64,000 bases of DNA, taken from assembly GCA_934119965.1 (NCBI GenBank), contig CAKOTA010000006.1, positions 3,933-67,932 on the forward strand, in the 5' to 3' direction. The notes below the pieces were generated by a model that was not told the origin of the DNA, ran no database searches, and saw only the letters and a program-made list of their open reading frames with translations. Positions 39,508-49,947 of this stretch are shown piece after piece; the stretch's first letter is position 1; each line of letters opens with the position of its first letter. The stretch comes from an uncultured Bacilli bacterium (GTDB taxonomy: Bacteria; Bacillota_I; Bacilli_A; RF39; UBA660). The position numbers were made by a program, and so were the translations under genes.

Positions 39508-40434
39508 ATGAGAAGAAATATGCAAGAAAATTTTGAATTATTATTACCGAGAGTAATTGATTCGTTAGAAAAATCTGATTTGATTAAAATGAAAGACCAA
39601 ATAGAAGATATAAAAGGAAATACAATTATTACTAGTGTTGGTGGATCTAGTGTTGTAGCTGAATTTTTAAATCATATATTAAATGGAAAAAATATTGCTG
39701 TATGTAAAAGTCCAAGAGATTTAAAATATGAAAATATTGATAGATTTGACAATATATTTGGAGTTAGTTATAGTGGTAAAGGATATGTTGTTGATAGTAT
39801 GTTAAATAATAAGAAGAAAAAATATTTATTGACAAATAATTTAAAGGAATATGATACAATAGAAAAAATAGAATATAAAAGCAGTATTGAGAAAGAACAT
39901 AGTTTTATTTCTCTTGCCAGTACGTTAATGCCAATAAGTATTTTATTATCAACAAAATATAATATTGAAACAAAAGATATAATAATTGATATATTTGATA
40001 AGATAAAAAAAGAATTAATAGAAATTAGAAATAACAATGTTTATGAAATAATTTATGGTAATGAAGTAAAAGCAGCAGCTAATTACTTAGAAACAACAAT
40101 GATAGAATCAGCTATCGCACTATCAATACTACATGAAAAATACAATTTTTGCCATGGAAGAACTACAACATCATATGATAATGAAAATGGTTTGATATTA
40201 TTTAATTCAGATAAGGAATACGATAAAATAATATTAGAAGAATGGAATAAATATTATACTGAATTAATTAAAATTGATAAATATAGTGATGAAGTTTTAT
40301 TGAATGAATATTATATGATTTTAAAATGTATGTATTTAACTAAGAAATTAGCTGAAAACAAAAATAAAGATTTATCAAGTGTTGAATATTCACCATTTGT
40401 GAAGAAATTATATTTTTTTAAAGGAGATATGTAA
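39508..40434 (+). CDS. Double-SIS-domain protein (PGI/PMI-like)
   Basis: TSVGGSSVVAEFL and VSYSGKG match SIS sugar-phosphate-binding motifs. Confidence 0.45.
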   Translation: MRRNMQENFELLLPRVIDSLEKSDLIKMKDQIEDIKGNTIITSVGGSSVVAEFLNHILNGKNIAVCKSPRDLKYENIDRFDNIFGVSYSGKGYVVDSMLNNKKKKYLLTNNLKEYDTIEKIEYKSSIEKEHSFISLASTLMPISILLSTKYNIETKDIIIDIFDKIKKELIEIRNNNVYEIIYGNEVKAAANYLETTMIESAIALSILHEKYNFCHGRTTTSYDNENGLILFNSDKEYDKIILEEWNKYYTELIKIDKYSDEVLLNEYYMILKCMYLTKKLAENKNKDLSSVEYSPFVKKLYFFKGDM

Positions 40435-41036
40435 TGAAAGAAATAGTATTTGTAACTGGAAATAAAGGAAAAGTAGCAACAGCTCAAAAATATTTTGATG
40501 ATAATAATATAAAATTATTAACTTATGACTATGATTATGAGGAACCAAACATAAATGATATTGAGGTAATAGCAATTTCAAAAGTAAAGCAAGCCTATAG
40601 AGTTGTTGGTAAACCCTGTATTGCTTTAGACTCAGGTTTTTATATTCCAAATTATCCTAATAAACCTAACTTTCCTGGAGCTTTTCCTAAAAGAGAATTA
40701 TTAGAGAAAATAGGAATAGATGGGTTATTAGAAATAATGAAAAATGTAGAAAATAGATATTGTTATTTTAAAGAAGTAGTTGCTTACTTTGATGGAGAAA
40801 ATATTAAATTATTTTATGGAATTTCTGAAGGATATTTGAGTAGAGAAAAAAGAGGAATAGATATAAATAAAAAATGGTCTGATTTGTGGTCAGTATTTAT
40901 ACCATTTAATTGTACAAAGACTTTAGCAGAAATGACAGAAGAAGAAAGAAATAATAGAAATGATAATCATACATCAGCATTAAAAGAGTTTGCGCAATTT
41001 AATAATAAACAATATATTAAAACACGTGTAAATTAA
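40434..41036 (+). CDS. Ham1/RdgB-family non-canonical purine NTP pyrophosphatase-like protein
   Basis: [16 protein letters not shown]-terminal motif and DSGFYI. The start overlaps the upstream stop. Confidence 0.6.
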   Translation: MKEIVFVTGNKGKVATAQKYFDDNNIKLLTYDYDYEEPNINDIEVIAISKVKQAYRVVGKPCIALDSGFYIPNYPNKPNFPGAFPKRELLEKIGIDGLLEIMKNVENRYCYFKEVVAYFDGENIKLFYGISEGYLSREKRGIDINKKWSDLWSVFIPFNCTKTLAEMTEEERNNRNDNHTSALKEFAQFNNKQYIKTRVN

Positions 41037-41082
41037 ATTACACGCGTTTTTTTTATTCAAATATAATATGGTAGGTGATATT

Positions 41083-41589
41083 ATGTTTATTAAAGAACAA
41101 ATAGAAAATATTAAAAAAAATGATCCTGCTATTCATAGTAATTTAGAAGCTATTTTATATCCTTCATTTAAAGCTATAATAGGCTATAAAATATCACATT
41201 ATTTTTATACAAGAAAACATTATTTTATAGCTAGACTAATTTCAGAAAAAGTGAAAAGAAAAACCGGTATAGAAATTCATCCAGGTGCTACCATAGGTAA
41301 AAATTTATTTATTGATCACGGTAATGGAGTTGTAATAGGAGAAACAACTATAATTGGTGATAATGTTACGATGTATCAAGGTGTTACCTTAGGTGGAACA
41401 GGAAAAGAAAAAGGAAAAAGACATCCAACAATAGAGAATAATGTTTATATTGGAAGTGGTGCTAAAATATTAGGTAACATTGTAATTGGTGAAAATTCTA
41501 AAGTAGGCGCTAACGCTGTAGTACTAAAAAATGTCCCTAAAAACTCAACAGTAGTAGGAATACCAGCGGAAATAAAAAAACAAACATAA
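41083..41589 (+). CDS. cysE: Serine O-acetyltransferase
   Basis: Left-handed beta-helix hexapeptide repeats and [11 protein letters not shown]...[12 protein letters not shown]. Confidence 0.8.
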   Translation: MFIKEQIENIKKNDPAIHSNLEAILYPSFKAIIGYKISHYFYTRKHYFIARLISEKVKRKTGIEIHPGATIGKNLFIDHGNGVVIGETTIIGDNVTMYQGVTLGGTGKEKGKRHPTIENNVYIGSGAKILGNIVIGENSKVGANAVVLKNVPKNSTVVGIPAEIKKQT

Positions 41590-41595
41590 AGTTTG

Positions 41596-42393
41596 TTATC
41601 CTAAAGCTACATCTAAAATCATCATAATTGAAAAACCAATTAGAGTAAATAAAGCCATTAAATCCTTTCTTTTATTAGTTTGACTTTCAGGAACTATTTC
41701 TTCAACAACAACATATATCATTGCTCCAGCCGCAAAAGCAAGTAAAAAAGGTAAAATTGTTCTTATTTTTGTAACTAATATTGCCCCTATAACTCCTGAA
41801 ATAGGTTCAACAATACCACTCAAACTACCAATTATAAAAGATTTGGTTCTGGACATTCCCTCTCTTCTAAGTGGAACCGAAACTGCTGTTCCTTCTGGAA
41901 AATTTTGAAGTCCAATTCCTAAAGCTAATAAACAAGCCGATAATATTGTACTGCCTTCTAATCCATAAGCAATTGATCCAAATGCAACTCCTACAACTAA
42001 TCCTTCTGGAATATTATGTAAAGTAATAGAAGAAATAAGCATAGTAATTCTTTTATATTTATTATTACTTTGTTTACTACAAACATCAAATATTTTATCT
42101 CCAATAAATAATAAAACTCCACCTGCAAAGAATCCCACAAAAGCAACTAACCAAGGAATCATATTTAAATTTTCTGCCATATCGATAGAAGGAGATAATA
42201 ATGACCAAAATGAAGCAGCTATCATAACTCCACCAGCAAATCCTAACATAGCATCCATAATATTTTTATTTATTTTTTTAAAAAATAAAACAATACTTGC
42301 TCCTAACATTGTTACACTCCAAGTAAATAGAGTTGCAATTAAAGCTTGAATTGAAGGATTCAAATTAATAAACCAATTTATCGTAATAATCAC
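41596..42393 (-). CDS. zupT: ZIP-family metal (zinc) transporter
   Basis: Eight-TM protein with HNIPEGL and QNFPEG motifs. Confidence 0.8.
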   Translation of the reverse strand: MIITINWFINLNPSIQALIATLFTWSVTMLGASIVLFFKKINKNIMDAMLGFAGGVMIAASFWSLLSPSIDMAENLNMIPWLVAFVGFFAGGVLLFIGDKIFDVCSKQSNNKYKRITMLISSITLHNIPEGLVVGVAFGSIAYGLEGSTILSACLLALGIGLQNFPEGTAVSVPLRREGMSRTKSFIIGSLSGIVEPISGVIGAILVTKIRTILPFLLAFAAGAMIYVVVEEIVPESQTNKRKDLMALFTLIGFSIMMILDVALG

Positions 42394-42470
42394 CTCGTTA
42401 TGTTAGTATATTCGTGTAATTAATATTTGAATGGGCTAATATATGATATAATAATTAAGAGGTTATTTTT

Positions 42471-43178
42471 ATGGAAATAGATAAATTAAAAAAAATTATT
42501 GATGAAAATGATAATATAGTTTTCTTTGGTGGTGCTGGAGTATCAACTGAAAGTGGTATTCCTGATTTTAGAAGTGTTGATGGTTTATATAATGAAAAAT
42601 ATGATTATCCCCCTGAACAAATACTTAGTCATACATTTTTTTACGATAATCCTAAATATTTTTATAAGTTTTATAGAGAAAAAATGAATTCTCTTAATAT
42701 AAAGCCTAATATTACGCATAAAAAATTAGTAGAGTTAGAAAAGAAAAATAAACTAAAATGCATTATTACACAAAATATTGATGGATTACATACTAAAGCT
42801 GGTAGTAAAAATGTTTTAGAAATACACGGTTCTATTTATCGTAATTATTGTGATAAATGCCATAAATTTTATAGTGCTGAAAGTGTATTTAATGAGGATG
42901 ATATTCCGTTATGTGAGTGTGGTGGTTTTATTAAGCCAGACGTTGTTTTATATGAAGAACCATTAAATGAAACATATAATGAAGCAATAGAATATATTAG
43001 TAAATGTGATGTTTTAATTGTTGGTGGTACCTCCCTAATGGTTTATCCGGCAGCTAACTTAATAAATTATTTTAGAGGTAAATATTTAATTTTAATTAAT
43101 AAAGATAAAACTAATTATGATAATATAGCAGATATAGTTATTCACGATAAACTTGGAAATGTATTTAAGGAGTTGTAA
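42471..43178 (+). CDS. cobB: NAD-dependent protein deacylase (sirtuin, CobB-like)
   Basis: GAGVSTESGIPDFRS, QNIDGLH and a Cys4 zinc site (CDKC...CECGG). Confidence 0.85.
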   Translation: MEIDKLKKIIDENDNIVFFGGAGVSTESGIPDFRSVDGLYNEKYDYPPEQILSHTFFYDNPKYFYKFYREKMNSLNIKPNITHKKLVELEKKNKLKCIITQNIDGLHTKAGSKNVLEIHGSIYRNYCDKCHKFYSAESVFNEDDIPLCECGGFIKPDVVLYEEPLNETYNEAIEYISKCDVLIVGGTSLMVYPAANLINYFRGKYLILINKDKTNYDNIADIVIHDKLGNVFKEL

Positions 43179-43179
43179 T

Positions 43180-44001
43180 ATGAAATATAATGTTGAATGT
43201 CAAAAAGAATTACTTTTATATTTAATAGAAAATTTAAAAATAGAAAGAAAAAAAGCTAAAGCAATGCTTACTAATAAATCGATTTATGTAAATAACAAAG
43301 TAATAACCAAATATAATTATTTACTAAAAAATACTGATGAAATATTTATAAATAAAAATAGTGATTTAAAAATAATTTATGAAGATAATGATATATTAGT
43401 TGTAGAAAAACCAAGCGGATTACTTACAATAAGTACTAAAAATGAAAAAGAAAAAACTTTATATCATTTAGTTAGTGATTATGTTAAAAAAAATAATAAA
43501 AAAAATCGTATTTTTGTTATTCATAGATTAGATAAAGATACGTCTGGAATTGTAATGTTTGCTAAAAATGAAAAAATTAAAAATATGTATCAAGATAATT
43601 GGAATGAAATTGTTAAAAAAAGAAAGTATTATGCTATTGTTGAAGGAGTTGTAAAAAAATCTGGAGTAGTGGAATCTTATTTAAAGGAAGATAAAAATTA
43701 TAATGTTTATAGTACTAAAGATAAAAATGGTAAATTTGCTAAAACGGAATATAAAGTAATTAAAAGTAATGAAAAATATACTTTATTAGATATTAATATA
43801 TTAACTGGTCGAAAAAATCAAATAAGAGTTCATATGAAAGATATAAATCATCCAATTATTGGCGATAAAAAATATGGTAATAACAATTTTAATCGTTTAG
43901 GACTTCACGCTTATGAATTAGAATTAATAAATCCCAAAAATAAAAAAATAATGAATTTTAAGTTAGATTTACCTATTGAGTTAAAAAAAGTTTTTAAATA
44001 A
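43180..44001 (+). CDS. RluA-family pseudouridine synthase
   Basis: HRLDKDTSG catalytic motif. The ATG at 43180 follows AAGGAG. Confidence 0.8.
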   Translation: MKYNVECQKELLLYLIENLKIERKKAKAMLTNKSIYVNNKVITKYNYLLKNTDEIFINKNSDLKIIYEDNDILVVEKPSGLLTISTKNEKEKTLYHLVSDYVKKNNKKNRIFVIHRLDKDTSGIVMFAKNEKIKNMYQDNWNEIVKKRKYYAIVEGVVKKSGVVESYLKEDKNYNVYSTKDKNGKFAKTEYKVIKSNEKYTLLDINILTGRKNQIRVHMKDINHPIIGDKKYGNNNFNRLGLHAYELELINPKNKKIMNFKLDLPIELKKVFK

Positions 44002-44145
44002 ACTTTTTTTATTGCAATAAAGGCTATTTTTTTATGAAAATATTGTTTAAAAACAAAAAAATTCAAAAAAATTTGAATTTTTTTTTAAAATTTTAAGGAA
44101 ATCAAAAAGTTTTGTCTAATAATTTTAATGAGGAGGTGAAAAGGT

Positions 44146-46137
44146 TTGAAAAAATATCCCTTTGTAAAACAGGATAACATTAAGGATTGTGGAGTAGCAT
44201 CATTACTTTCAATAATTAAATACTATGGTGGTTTAACTTCTATTCAAAAACTAAGAGAAATGACAAAAACTAATAAGAATGGAACTACTGCTTACAATTT
44301 AATTGAGACAGCTAAAAATCTTGGATTTGAAAGTTATGGAATAAAGTGTAAAATGGAAGAATTTGATAAAATAAATTTTCCAGCAATAGCTCATACAATT
44401 ATTGATAAAACATATAAACATTTTATTGTAATTTATGAAGTTGATTTTAAAAAACAAAAAATAATAATTTCTGATCCAATGATAGGTATTAAAAAGATGG
44501 AATTTAATGAATTTAAAGAAATATATAATGATATTTTAATAATTATGTATCCAATAAAAAAAATTAATTACGAAAAAAATCAAAATATATTTTTAAAAAC
44601 ATTAAAAAAACAAATTCTTAATAAAAAAATGATTTTAATTTTATTAATATCACTTTTATATGTAATACTAAATTTAATTACAATTTTATTTCTCAAAAAT
44701 TTAAAACTATTATATTTTTGTTTTTCTTTTATCCTTCTGAAAATAGTTTTAGATTATATAAAAAATAAAGTTATTATTAATTTTAATTACAAAATGGGTC
44801 TTAACATTACAAAAGAGGTATTTAGTAAAATCATTAAACTTCCTTATAATTTCTATCGTAACATAACAACTGGTGATGTCATATCAAGAATTAATGATTT
44901 ACAAAATATAGAAAATATGTTGCTTGTTACTATAATTAGTTATTTTCTTAATATTAACTTAGTAATAGCTTCAAGTATTTTGATTTGTTTTATTAGTTTT
45001 AAAATTTTTGTCATTTTGCTTATAACAGGATTATTATATTTTTTATTAAATAAAATATTTAATAAAAAAATAGAAATAAATGTTGAAGAAGAAAAAATAT
45101 TTAAAGAAAAATTATTTTCTAATTTAACTGAATATGTATCCGGATTTGAAACTATAAAAGGATTGAATATTGAAGATGTAATAATTGACAAAATAAATGG
45201 TGTTAATAAAGAATATGAAACTAAAATTAAAAATACAAGCAATAAATATAACTTGTTTCTATGTTTAAAAAATTTTATCTATAATTCTAGTAATATTTTA
45301 ATACTGCTAATTTCACTTATATTAATTAACTATAAAATAATTACGATAAGTGAATTACTAATAATTAATTTCCTTGTTCCTTATTTTTTAGAACCATTAA
45401 ATGAAATGATTGATAACATTAAAAATTTAAAAGAAATTATTATTTCAATAAGAAGAATTAATGAGTTATATTATGACCAAAAAGAATTAACAAACTATGA
45501 ATTTGTAAATAAAATCGAATTTAAAAATGTTAATTATAATAATGAAGAGAGCATATTAGAAAATATCAATTTCAAAATTAATAATGGTGAAAAAATAATG
45601 ATTATGGGTAATAGTGGAAGTGGTAAATCAACTTTATTAAAATTAATAAAAAATTATTATAAAGTAGATGGAGTATATATAAATAATCAAGAAAATATAA
45701 GTAACAAAAATATTCTATATGTTTCTCAAAATGAAATATTATTTACTGACACTCTTTATAATAACATAACATTAGGAAAAAATATTGATACAAAAGAACT
45801 AGAAAAAGTAATTAGAATTTGTCATATAGATGAAATGATTAAAGACAAAAAAATAGGTTACAATATGTTGATAGAAGAAAATGGCTTTAATATATCAGGT
45901 GGTGAAAAACAAAGAATTATATTAGCGCGTACCTTATTAACACACTCAAATGTTTTATTATTAGATGAATCATTAAGTGAAGTAGACATTGACCTAGAAA
46001 GAAAAATCTTAAAAGAATTATTAAAATTAAACAAAACTATTTTATTAGTCTCACATCGAAATAATAATTTAGATTTATTCGATAAATTATTTATTTTGAA
46101 AGACAAAAAATTAGAAATATGCGAAAGGAGTGATTAG
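44146..46137 (+). CDS. Bacteriocin-type ABC exporter with N-terminal C39 double-glycine peptidase domain
   Basis: N-terminal QDNIKDCGVASLL (C39 catalytic Cys), six TM segments, and GNSGSGKST / LSGGEKQR / LLLDE ATPase motifs. Confidence 0.8.
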   Translation: MKKYPFVKQDNIKDCGVASLLSIIKYYGGLTSIQKLREMTKTNKNGTTAYNLIETAKNLGFESYGIKCKMEEFDKINFPAIAHTIIDKTYKHFIVIYEVDFKKQKIIISDPMIGIKKMEFNEFKEIYNDILIIMYPIKKINYEKNQNIFLKTLKKQILNKKMILILLISLLYVILNLITILFLKNLKLLYFCFSFILLKIVLDYIKNKVIINFNYKMGLNITKEVFSKIIKLPYNFYRNITTGDVISRINDLQNIENMLLVTIISYFLNINLVIASSILICFISFKIFVILLITGLLYFLLNKIFNKKIEINVEEEKIFKEKLFSNLTEYVSGFETIKGLNIEDVIIDKINGVNKEYETKIKNTSNKYNLFLCLKNFIYNSSNILILLISLILINYKIITISELLIINFLVPYFLEPLNEMIDNIKNLKEIIISIRRINELYYDQKELTNYEFVNKIEFKNVNYNNEESILENINFKINNGEKIMIMGNSGSGKSTLLKLIKNYYKVDGVYINNQENISNKNILYVSQNEILFTDTLYNNITLGKNIDTKELEKVIRICHIDEMIKDKKIGYNMLIEENGFNISGGEKQRIILARTLLTHSNVLLLDESLSEVDIDLERKILKELLKLNKTILLVSHRNNNLDLFDKLFILKDKKLEICERSD

Positions 46138-46166
46138 ATGTTATTCAGAAGATTTATGAAATTAAC

Positions 46167-46343
46167 ATGTATGATATTATGGATGCTATTCAATTAGAAG
46201 AAGAAAACAATGTTGTGATAGAAATAGATATAGATGAGATGGTTAAAGTATATGATAACATTATATTAAGAATTACTTGTCAAGATGAAATATTAAAAGA
46301 ATTAAAGTTGGAGGAATTAATGAGTTATGAAGAAGATAGATGA
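46167..46343 (+). CDS. Small acidic ORF (58 aa) between the exporter and the bacteriocin peptides
   Basis: Not in the track: MYDIMDAIQLEEENNVVIEIDIDEMVKVYDNIILRITCQDEILKELKLEELMSYEEDR. Function unknown, and coding status uncertain. Confidence 0.3.
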   Translation: MYDIMDAIQLEEENNVVIEIDIDEMVKVYDNIILRITCQDEILKELKLEELMSYEEDR

Positions 46344-46461
46344 TAGTGAATTAAAACAAATTGAAGCAGGTGGTATTGGTTGGGGATTAATACTAGGTGG
46401 AGTAGTAACATTTCTAATTGGAATATTTGATGGTATAACGAGGCCTTTAGCGTGTCATTAG
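46327..46461 (+). CDS. Double-glycine-leader bacteriocin precursor, peptide A (44 aa)
   Basis: Not in the track. GGAGG RBS. Leader MKKIDDSELKQIEAGG, then core IGWGLILGGVVTFLIGIFDGITRPLACH with GxxxG-type motifs. Confidence 0.7.
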   Translation: MKKIDDSELKQIEAGGIGWGLILGGVVTFLIGIFDGITRPLACH

Positions 46462-46607
46462 AAAAAGAAGAATTATTGAGAATTAATGGTGGTTCTATAA
46501 CTGCAGCTTATATAACATCTTTAGTAAGAGGAATTAACTCTATATTAGAATTAGGTCGTAGTTTTGGAACTGCTTTAAGAAGAGTATTTACTGGCCAAAT
46601 GTGCTAA
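46452..46607 (+). CDS. Double-glycine-leader bacteriocin precursor, peptide B (51 aa)
   Basis: Not in the track. The GTG start overlaps the end of peptide A. The leader MSLEKEELLRINGG fits ELxxIxGG. The cationic core is SITAAYITSLVRGINSILELGRSFGTALRRVFTGQMC. Confidence 0.6.
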   Translation: MSLEKEELLRINGGSITAAYITSLVRGINSILELGRSFGTALRRVFTGQMC

Positions 46608-46696
46608 AAAAATCTTAGTATTAATTTTAACATTTCTAATCGGAGAATTATTAGGAAGTTATTTAAACCAATTTATAAATGGTATCTGCTGTATAT

Positions 46697-46721
46697 AAAA
46701 AGTCTAAAAATAGACTTTTTT
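46697..46721 (+). terminator. Intrinsic terminator closing the bacteriocin locus
   Basis: AAAAGTCTA/TAGACTTTT stem plus a T run. Confidence 0.65.
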
Positions 46722-46798
46722 CTTTATAAATAAAGAAAAATGTTGAAAAATAAAAATAAAAGTGTTATACTATCAGTAGTCGAGAAGGGAGGGATATC

Positions 46799-46993
46799 GT
46801 GACAAAAGTAATCGTTAAAAATGGAAATGTTGAAGGTGCATTAAGAGTTGTAAAACAAAAAAGTGCAAAAGATGGTTCCTCTAAAAAACTTCGTGAAAGA
46901 CAAGAAGGTTATATGAAACCTGGTGTAAAAAGAAGATTAGCAAAAAAAGAAGCTATAAAAAATAGTAGAAGAAGACAAAGAGAAAATTATTAA
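46799..46993 (+). CDS. rpsU: 30S ribosomal protein S21
   Basis: 64-aa basic protein ...ERQEGYMKPGVKRRLAKKEAIKNSRRR. GTG start after GGGAGGG. Confidence 0.9.
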   Translation: MTKVIVKNGNVEGALRVVKQKSAKDGSSKKLRERQEGYMKPGVKRRLAKKEAIKNSRRRQRENY

Positions 46994-47028
46994 GAGCTTT
47001 ATAGCTCTTTTATTGAAAGGAAATATAT

Positions 47029-47472
47029 ATGAGAGAAAGAATATTTGAAGATTTAAAAAATGCAATGAAAAATCAAGATAAAGATTTATTAGCTGTTATT
47101 CGTATGGTAAAAGGTGCTATATCATTAGAAGAAATTAATAAAAAAAGAGAATTAACTGATGATGAAATAATCGATGTAATCAGTAAACAAATAAAAACTA
47201 GAAAAGAATCAATTCTTGAATTTGAAAAAGGCAATCGTAATGATTTAGTAGAAAAAACACAATCTGAAATTGAAATACTAAATAAATATATGCCTGAACA
47301 ACTTAGTATGGATGAAGTAAATAAAAAAATAGAAGAAGCATTTGAAGAAATAAAACCAACTGGTATGTCTGATATGGGAAAAATAATGGGTAAAGTTACA
47401 CCAATATTTAGAGGAAAAGCAGATATGTCATTAGTTAGCAAGATAATAAAAGATAAACTTTCAAATATTTAA
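47029..47472 (+). CDS. yqeY: GatB/YqeY-domain protein
   Basis: Conserved rpsU-yqeY pairing and a YqeY-like sequence (LKNAMKNQDK...IKTRKES...). Confidence 0.75.
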   Translation: MRERIFEDLKNAMKNQDKDLLAVIRMVKGAISLEEINKKRELTDDEIIDVISKQIKTRKESILEFEKGNRNDLVEKTQSEIEILNKYMPEQLSMDEVNKKIEEAFEEIKPTGMSDMGKIMGKVTPIFRGKADMSLVSKIIKDKLSNI

Positions 47473-47548
47473 TGGCTTTTTTCAAATTTTTCTTTTTTTT
47501 TTACTTAATTTATAGTATAATTGTATTTAGATTATAGGGGATGATATT

Positions 47549-48793
47549 GTGAAATATGTCTATACAAGCATTGATATTGGCTCTGATTCTGTTAAGGTAG
47601 TTGTCTCAGAACTATTTCAAGGTAAATTAAACTTATTAGCAGCATCTTCTGTTAAATCTAAAGGAATAAAAAAGGGATTAATCGTTGATGGAAAAGAAGC
47701 AAGTTCATCATTAAAAAAAGCATTGAATGATGTTGAACAAATGCTAGGGTTCAAAATTAACAGAGTAATAGCAACTGTACCAAACTATTTTTCCGAATTT
47801 GTTATTATAAAGGGAAGTATTGACTTAAATCCAGATATGGAAATAAATGGACAAGATATTGTTAAAGTATTTGGAGAAGCAATGAAATCTAAAGATAAAG
47901 GTAACAAAGAAATGGTAACAATTATTCCTATTGATTTTACAGTTGATAATGAAACAGGAATTAAAGATCCAAAAGGAAAACACGGTAGTAAACTATCAAC
48001 TCGTTCTGTAATGGTGCTTACACCTAAGAAAAATATTTTGTCGGTAGTAAGTTTACTAGAAAATATGGGACTTGAAGTAATTGATGTTACATTAAATAGT
48101 ATTGGTGATGTTAATTCAATTAAAGATAAAGTTGTTAAAGAAAAAGTAGGAGCTGTAATTAATATTGGACATGAAACTACTTCAATATCTTTATATAATA
48201 AAGGAATTATTGTTAATAACTCAATGATTAGTGTTGGTGGAAAAAATGTAGATAGCGATATTGCCTATATATATAAACTAAAACCAGAAGATGCTAGAAT
48301 GGTAAAAGAAAATTTTGCGCTTGCTCATAAAAAATATGCAAGTAAAACTGATTACTATGAAGTAACTAATAAATTAGGTGAAGATATAAAAATCAACCAA
48401 TTTGAAGTTTCTGAAGTAGTACAAGCAAGATTAGAAGAAATATTAGTTTTAGCAAGAAAAGAAATAAATGTTTTGACAAATCGTGAAGTTGATTATATAC
48501 TAATAACTGGTGGAACTAGTAGTATGAATAATTTTTCCATAATTGCAGAAGATGTTTTAAGTGAAAAAGCAAGAGTAACAGACATTCATCTTATAGGACT
48601 TAGAAATAATAAATTCTCAGCTGCAGTTGGAAATATTGCTTATTTTATAAGTAAACAAAAATTAAAGGGAAAATATTTTTCACTAATTAGTAGAGATGAT
48701 ATGGAAGCTTTATCATCTACTAAAAAAAATTTAATAAATATTTCAAATGAATCAATGTTAGGAAAAGTATTTGGTTACTTTTTCAACGAATAG
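47549..48793 (+). CDS. ftsA: Cell division protein FtsA
   Basis: Actin-fold motifs ([17 protein letters not shown]) directly upstream of ftsZ. Confidence 0.9.
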   Translation: MKYVYTSIDIGSDSVKVVVSELFQGKLNLLAASSVKSKGIKKGLIVDGKEASSSLKKALNDVEQMLGFKINRVIATVPNYFSEFVIIKGSIDLNPDMEINGQDIVKVFGEAMKSKDKGNKEMVTIIPIDFTVDNETGIKDPKGKHGSKLSTRSVMVLTPKKNILSVVSLLENMGLEVIDVTLNSIGDVNSIKDKVVKEKVGAVINIGHETTSISLYNKGIIVNNSMISVGGKNVDSDIAYIYKLKPEDARMVKENFALAHKKYASKTDYYEVTNKLGEDIKINQFEVSEVVQARLEEILVLARKEINVLTNREVDYILITGGTSSMNNFSIIAEDVLSEKARVTDIHLIGLRNNKFSAAVGNIAYFISKQKLKGKYFSLISRDDMEALSSTKKNLINISNESMLGKVFGYFFNE

Positions 48794-48804
48794 GGAGGAT
48801 TATT

Positions 48805-49869
48805 ATGTTTGGATTGGAAATGGATCAATTAGCTAAGATTAAAGTTATTGGTGTTGGTGGCGGTGGAAATAATGCCGTTAATAGAATGATTGAATCAGGA
48901 GTTAAAGGAGTAGAATTTATAGTAGCAAATACAGATTTACAAGTATTAAATAATTCTAAAGCTCCAGTCAAAATACAAATAGGTGCTGAATTAACAAGTG
49001 GATTAGGTGCTGGAGGAAAACCTGAAATTGGTAAAGAATCTGCATTAGAATCAAGAAATGAAATTGAATCTGCTTTACAAGGTGCTGATATGGTATTCAT
49101 AACTTGTGGTATGGGTGGAGGAACTGGTACAGGTGCTGCTCCAGTTGTTGCTGATATAGCTCAAGGAATGGGTGCTTTAACAGTAGGTATTGTTACTAAA
49201 CCATTCTCATTCGAAGGTAAAAAAAGAATGGATCAAGCTTTAGCTGGATTAGATGAATTGAAAAAACATGTCGATACTTTAATTGTTATTCCAAATGATA
49301 AATTAAGAGAAATTATTGATAAATCAACACCATTATTAGAATCATTCAAAGAAGTAGATAATGTTTTAAGAAGAGGTGTTCAATCAATATCTGACTTAAT
49401 AGCTGTATCAGGATTAATTAACTTGGATTTTGCTGATGTTAAAGCTGTAATGGAAAAAAGAGGAAATGCCCTTATTGGAATTGGTATGGGTGTTGGTGAA
49501 AATAGAGCTACTGAAGCTGCAAGAGAAGCTGTTTCTAGTCCATTATTAGAAACAAGTATTAGTGGAGCTACTGATGCAATTATTAATGTAACGGGTGGTG
49601 CTAATTTAACTTTATTCGAAGTTGAAGAAGCCGCTGAAGTAATTAGAGCAAGTGCTAATACTGATATTAATACAATATTTGGAGCTGTAATTAATGAAAA
49701 TTTAAATGATGAAATTATTGTTACTGTTATAGCAACTGGATTTGAAGAGAAAAAAGATGAAATGCAACATGCTTATGTAGCTGAAGAAAAGAAAGAAGTA
49801 TTCAGTTCAGATGATGACGATGATGATGATTCAGATTTACCTCCAATTTTAAGAAAAAGAGTATTCTAA
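48805..49869 (+). CDS. ftsZ: Cell division protein FtsZ
   Basis: [13 protein letters not shown] and [10 protein letters not shown] tubulin signature. Poly-Asp linker and a conserved C-terminal peptide DLPPILRKR. Confidence 0.97.
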   Translation: MFGLEMDQLAKIKVIGVGGGGNNAVNRMIESGVKGVEFIVANTDLQVLNNSKAPVKIQIGAELTSGLGAGGKPEIGKESALESRNEIESALQGADMVFITCGMGGGTGTGAAPVVADIAQGMGALTVGIVTKPFSFEGKKRMDQALAGLDELKKHVDTLIVIPNDKLREIIDKSTPLLESFKEVDNVLRRGVQSISDLIAVSGLINLDFADVKAVMEKRGNALIGIGMGVGENRATEAAREAVSSPLLETSISGATDAIINVTGGANLTLFEVEEAAEVIRASANTDINTIFGAVINENLNDEIIVTVIATGFEEKKDEMQHAYVAEEKKEVFSSDDDDDDDSDLPPILRKRVF

Positions 49870-49947
49870 GAGATTTTATAAAAATCTCTTTTAATTTGAC
49901 AAAATTTTATTTTTTTATATAATATATTTCATTGAAAGGGGAATTAT

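Noticed and set aside
44055-44088. The perfect AT-only palindrome AAAAAATTCAAA-aaaa-TTTGAATTTTTT upstream of the bacteriocin exporter might be a regulator operator.
   Set aside because: It is equally well explained as the intrinsic terminator of the upstream rluA-family gene. No regulator gene sits in the locus, and no second copy of the palindrome is present to support an operator role.
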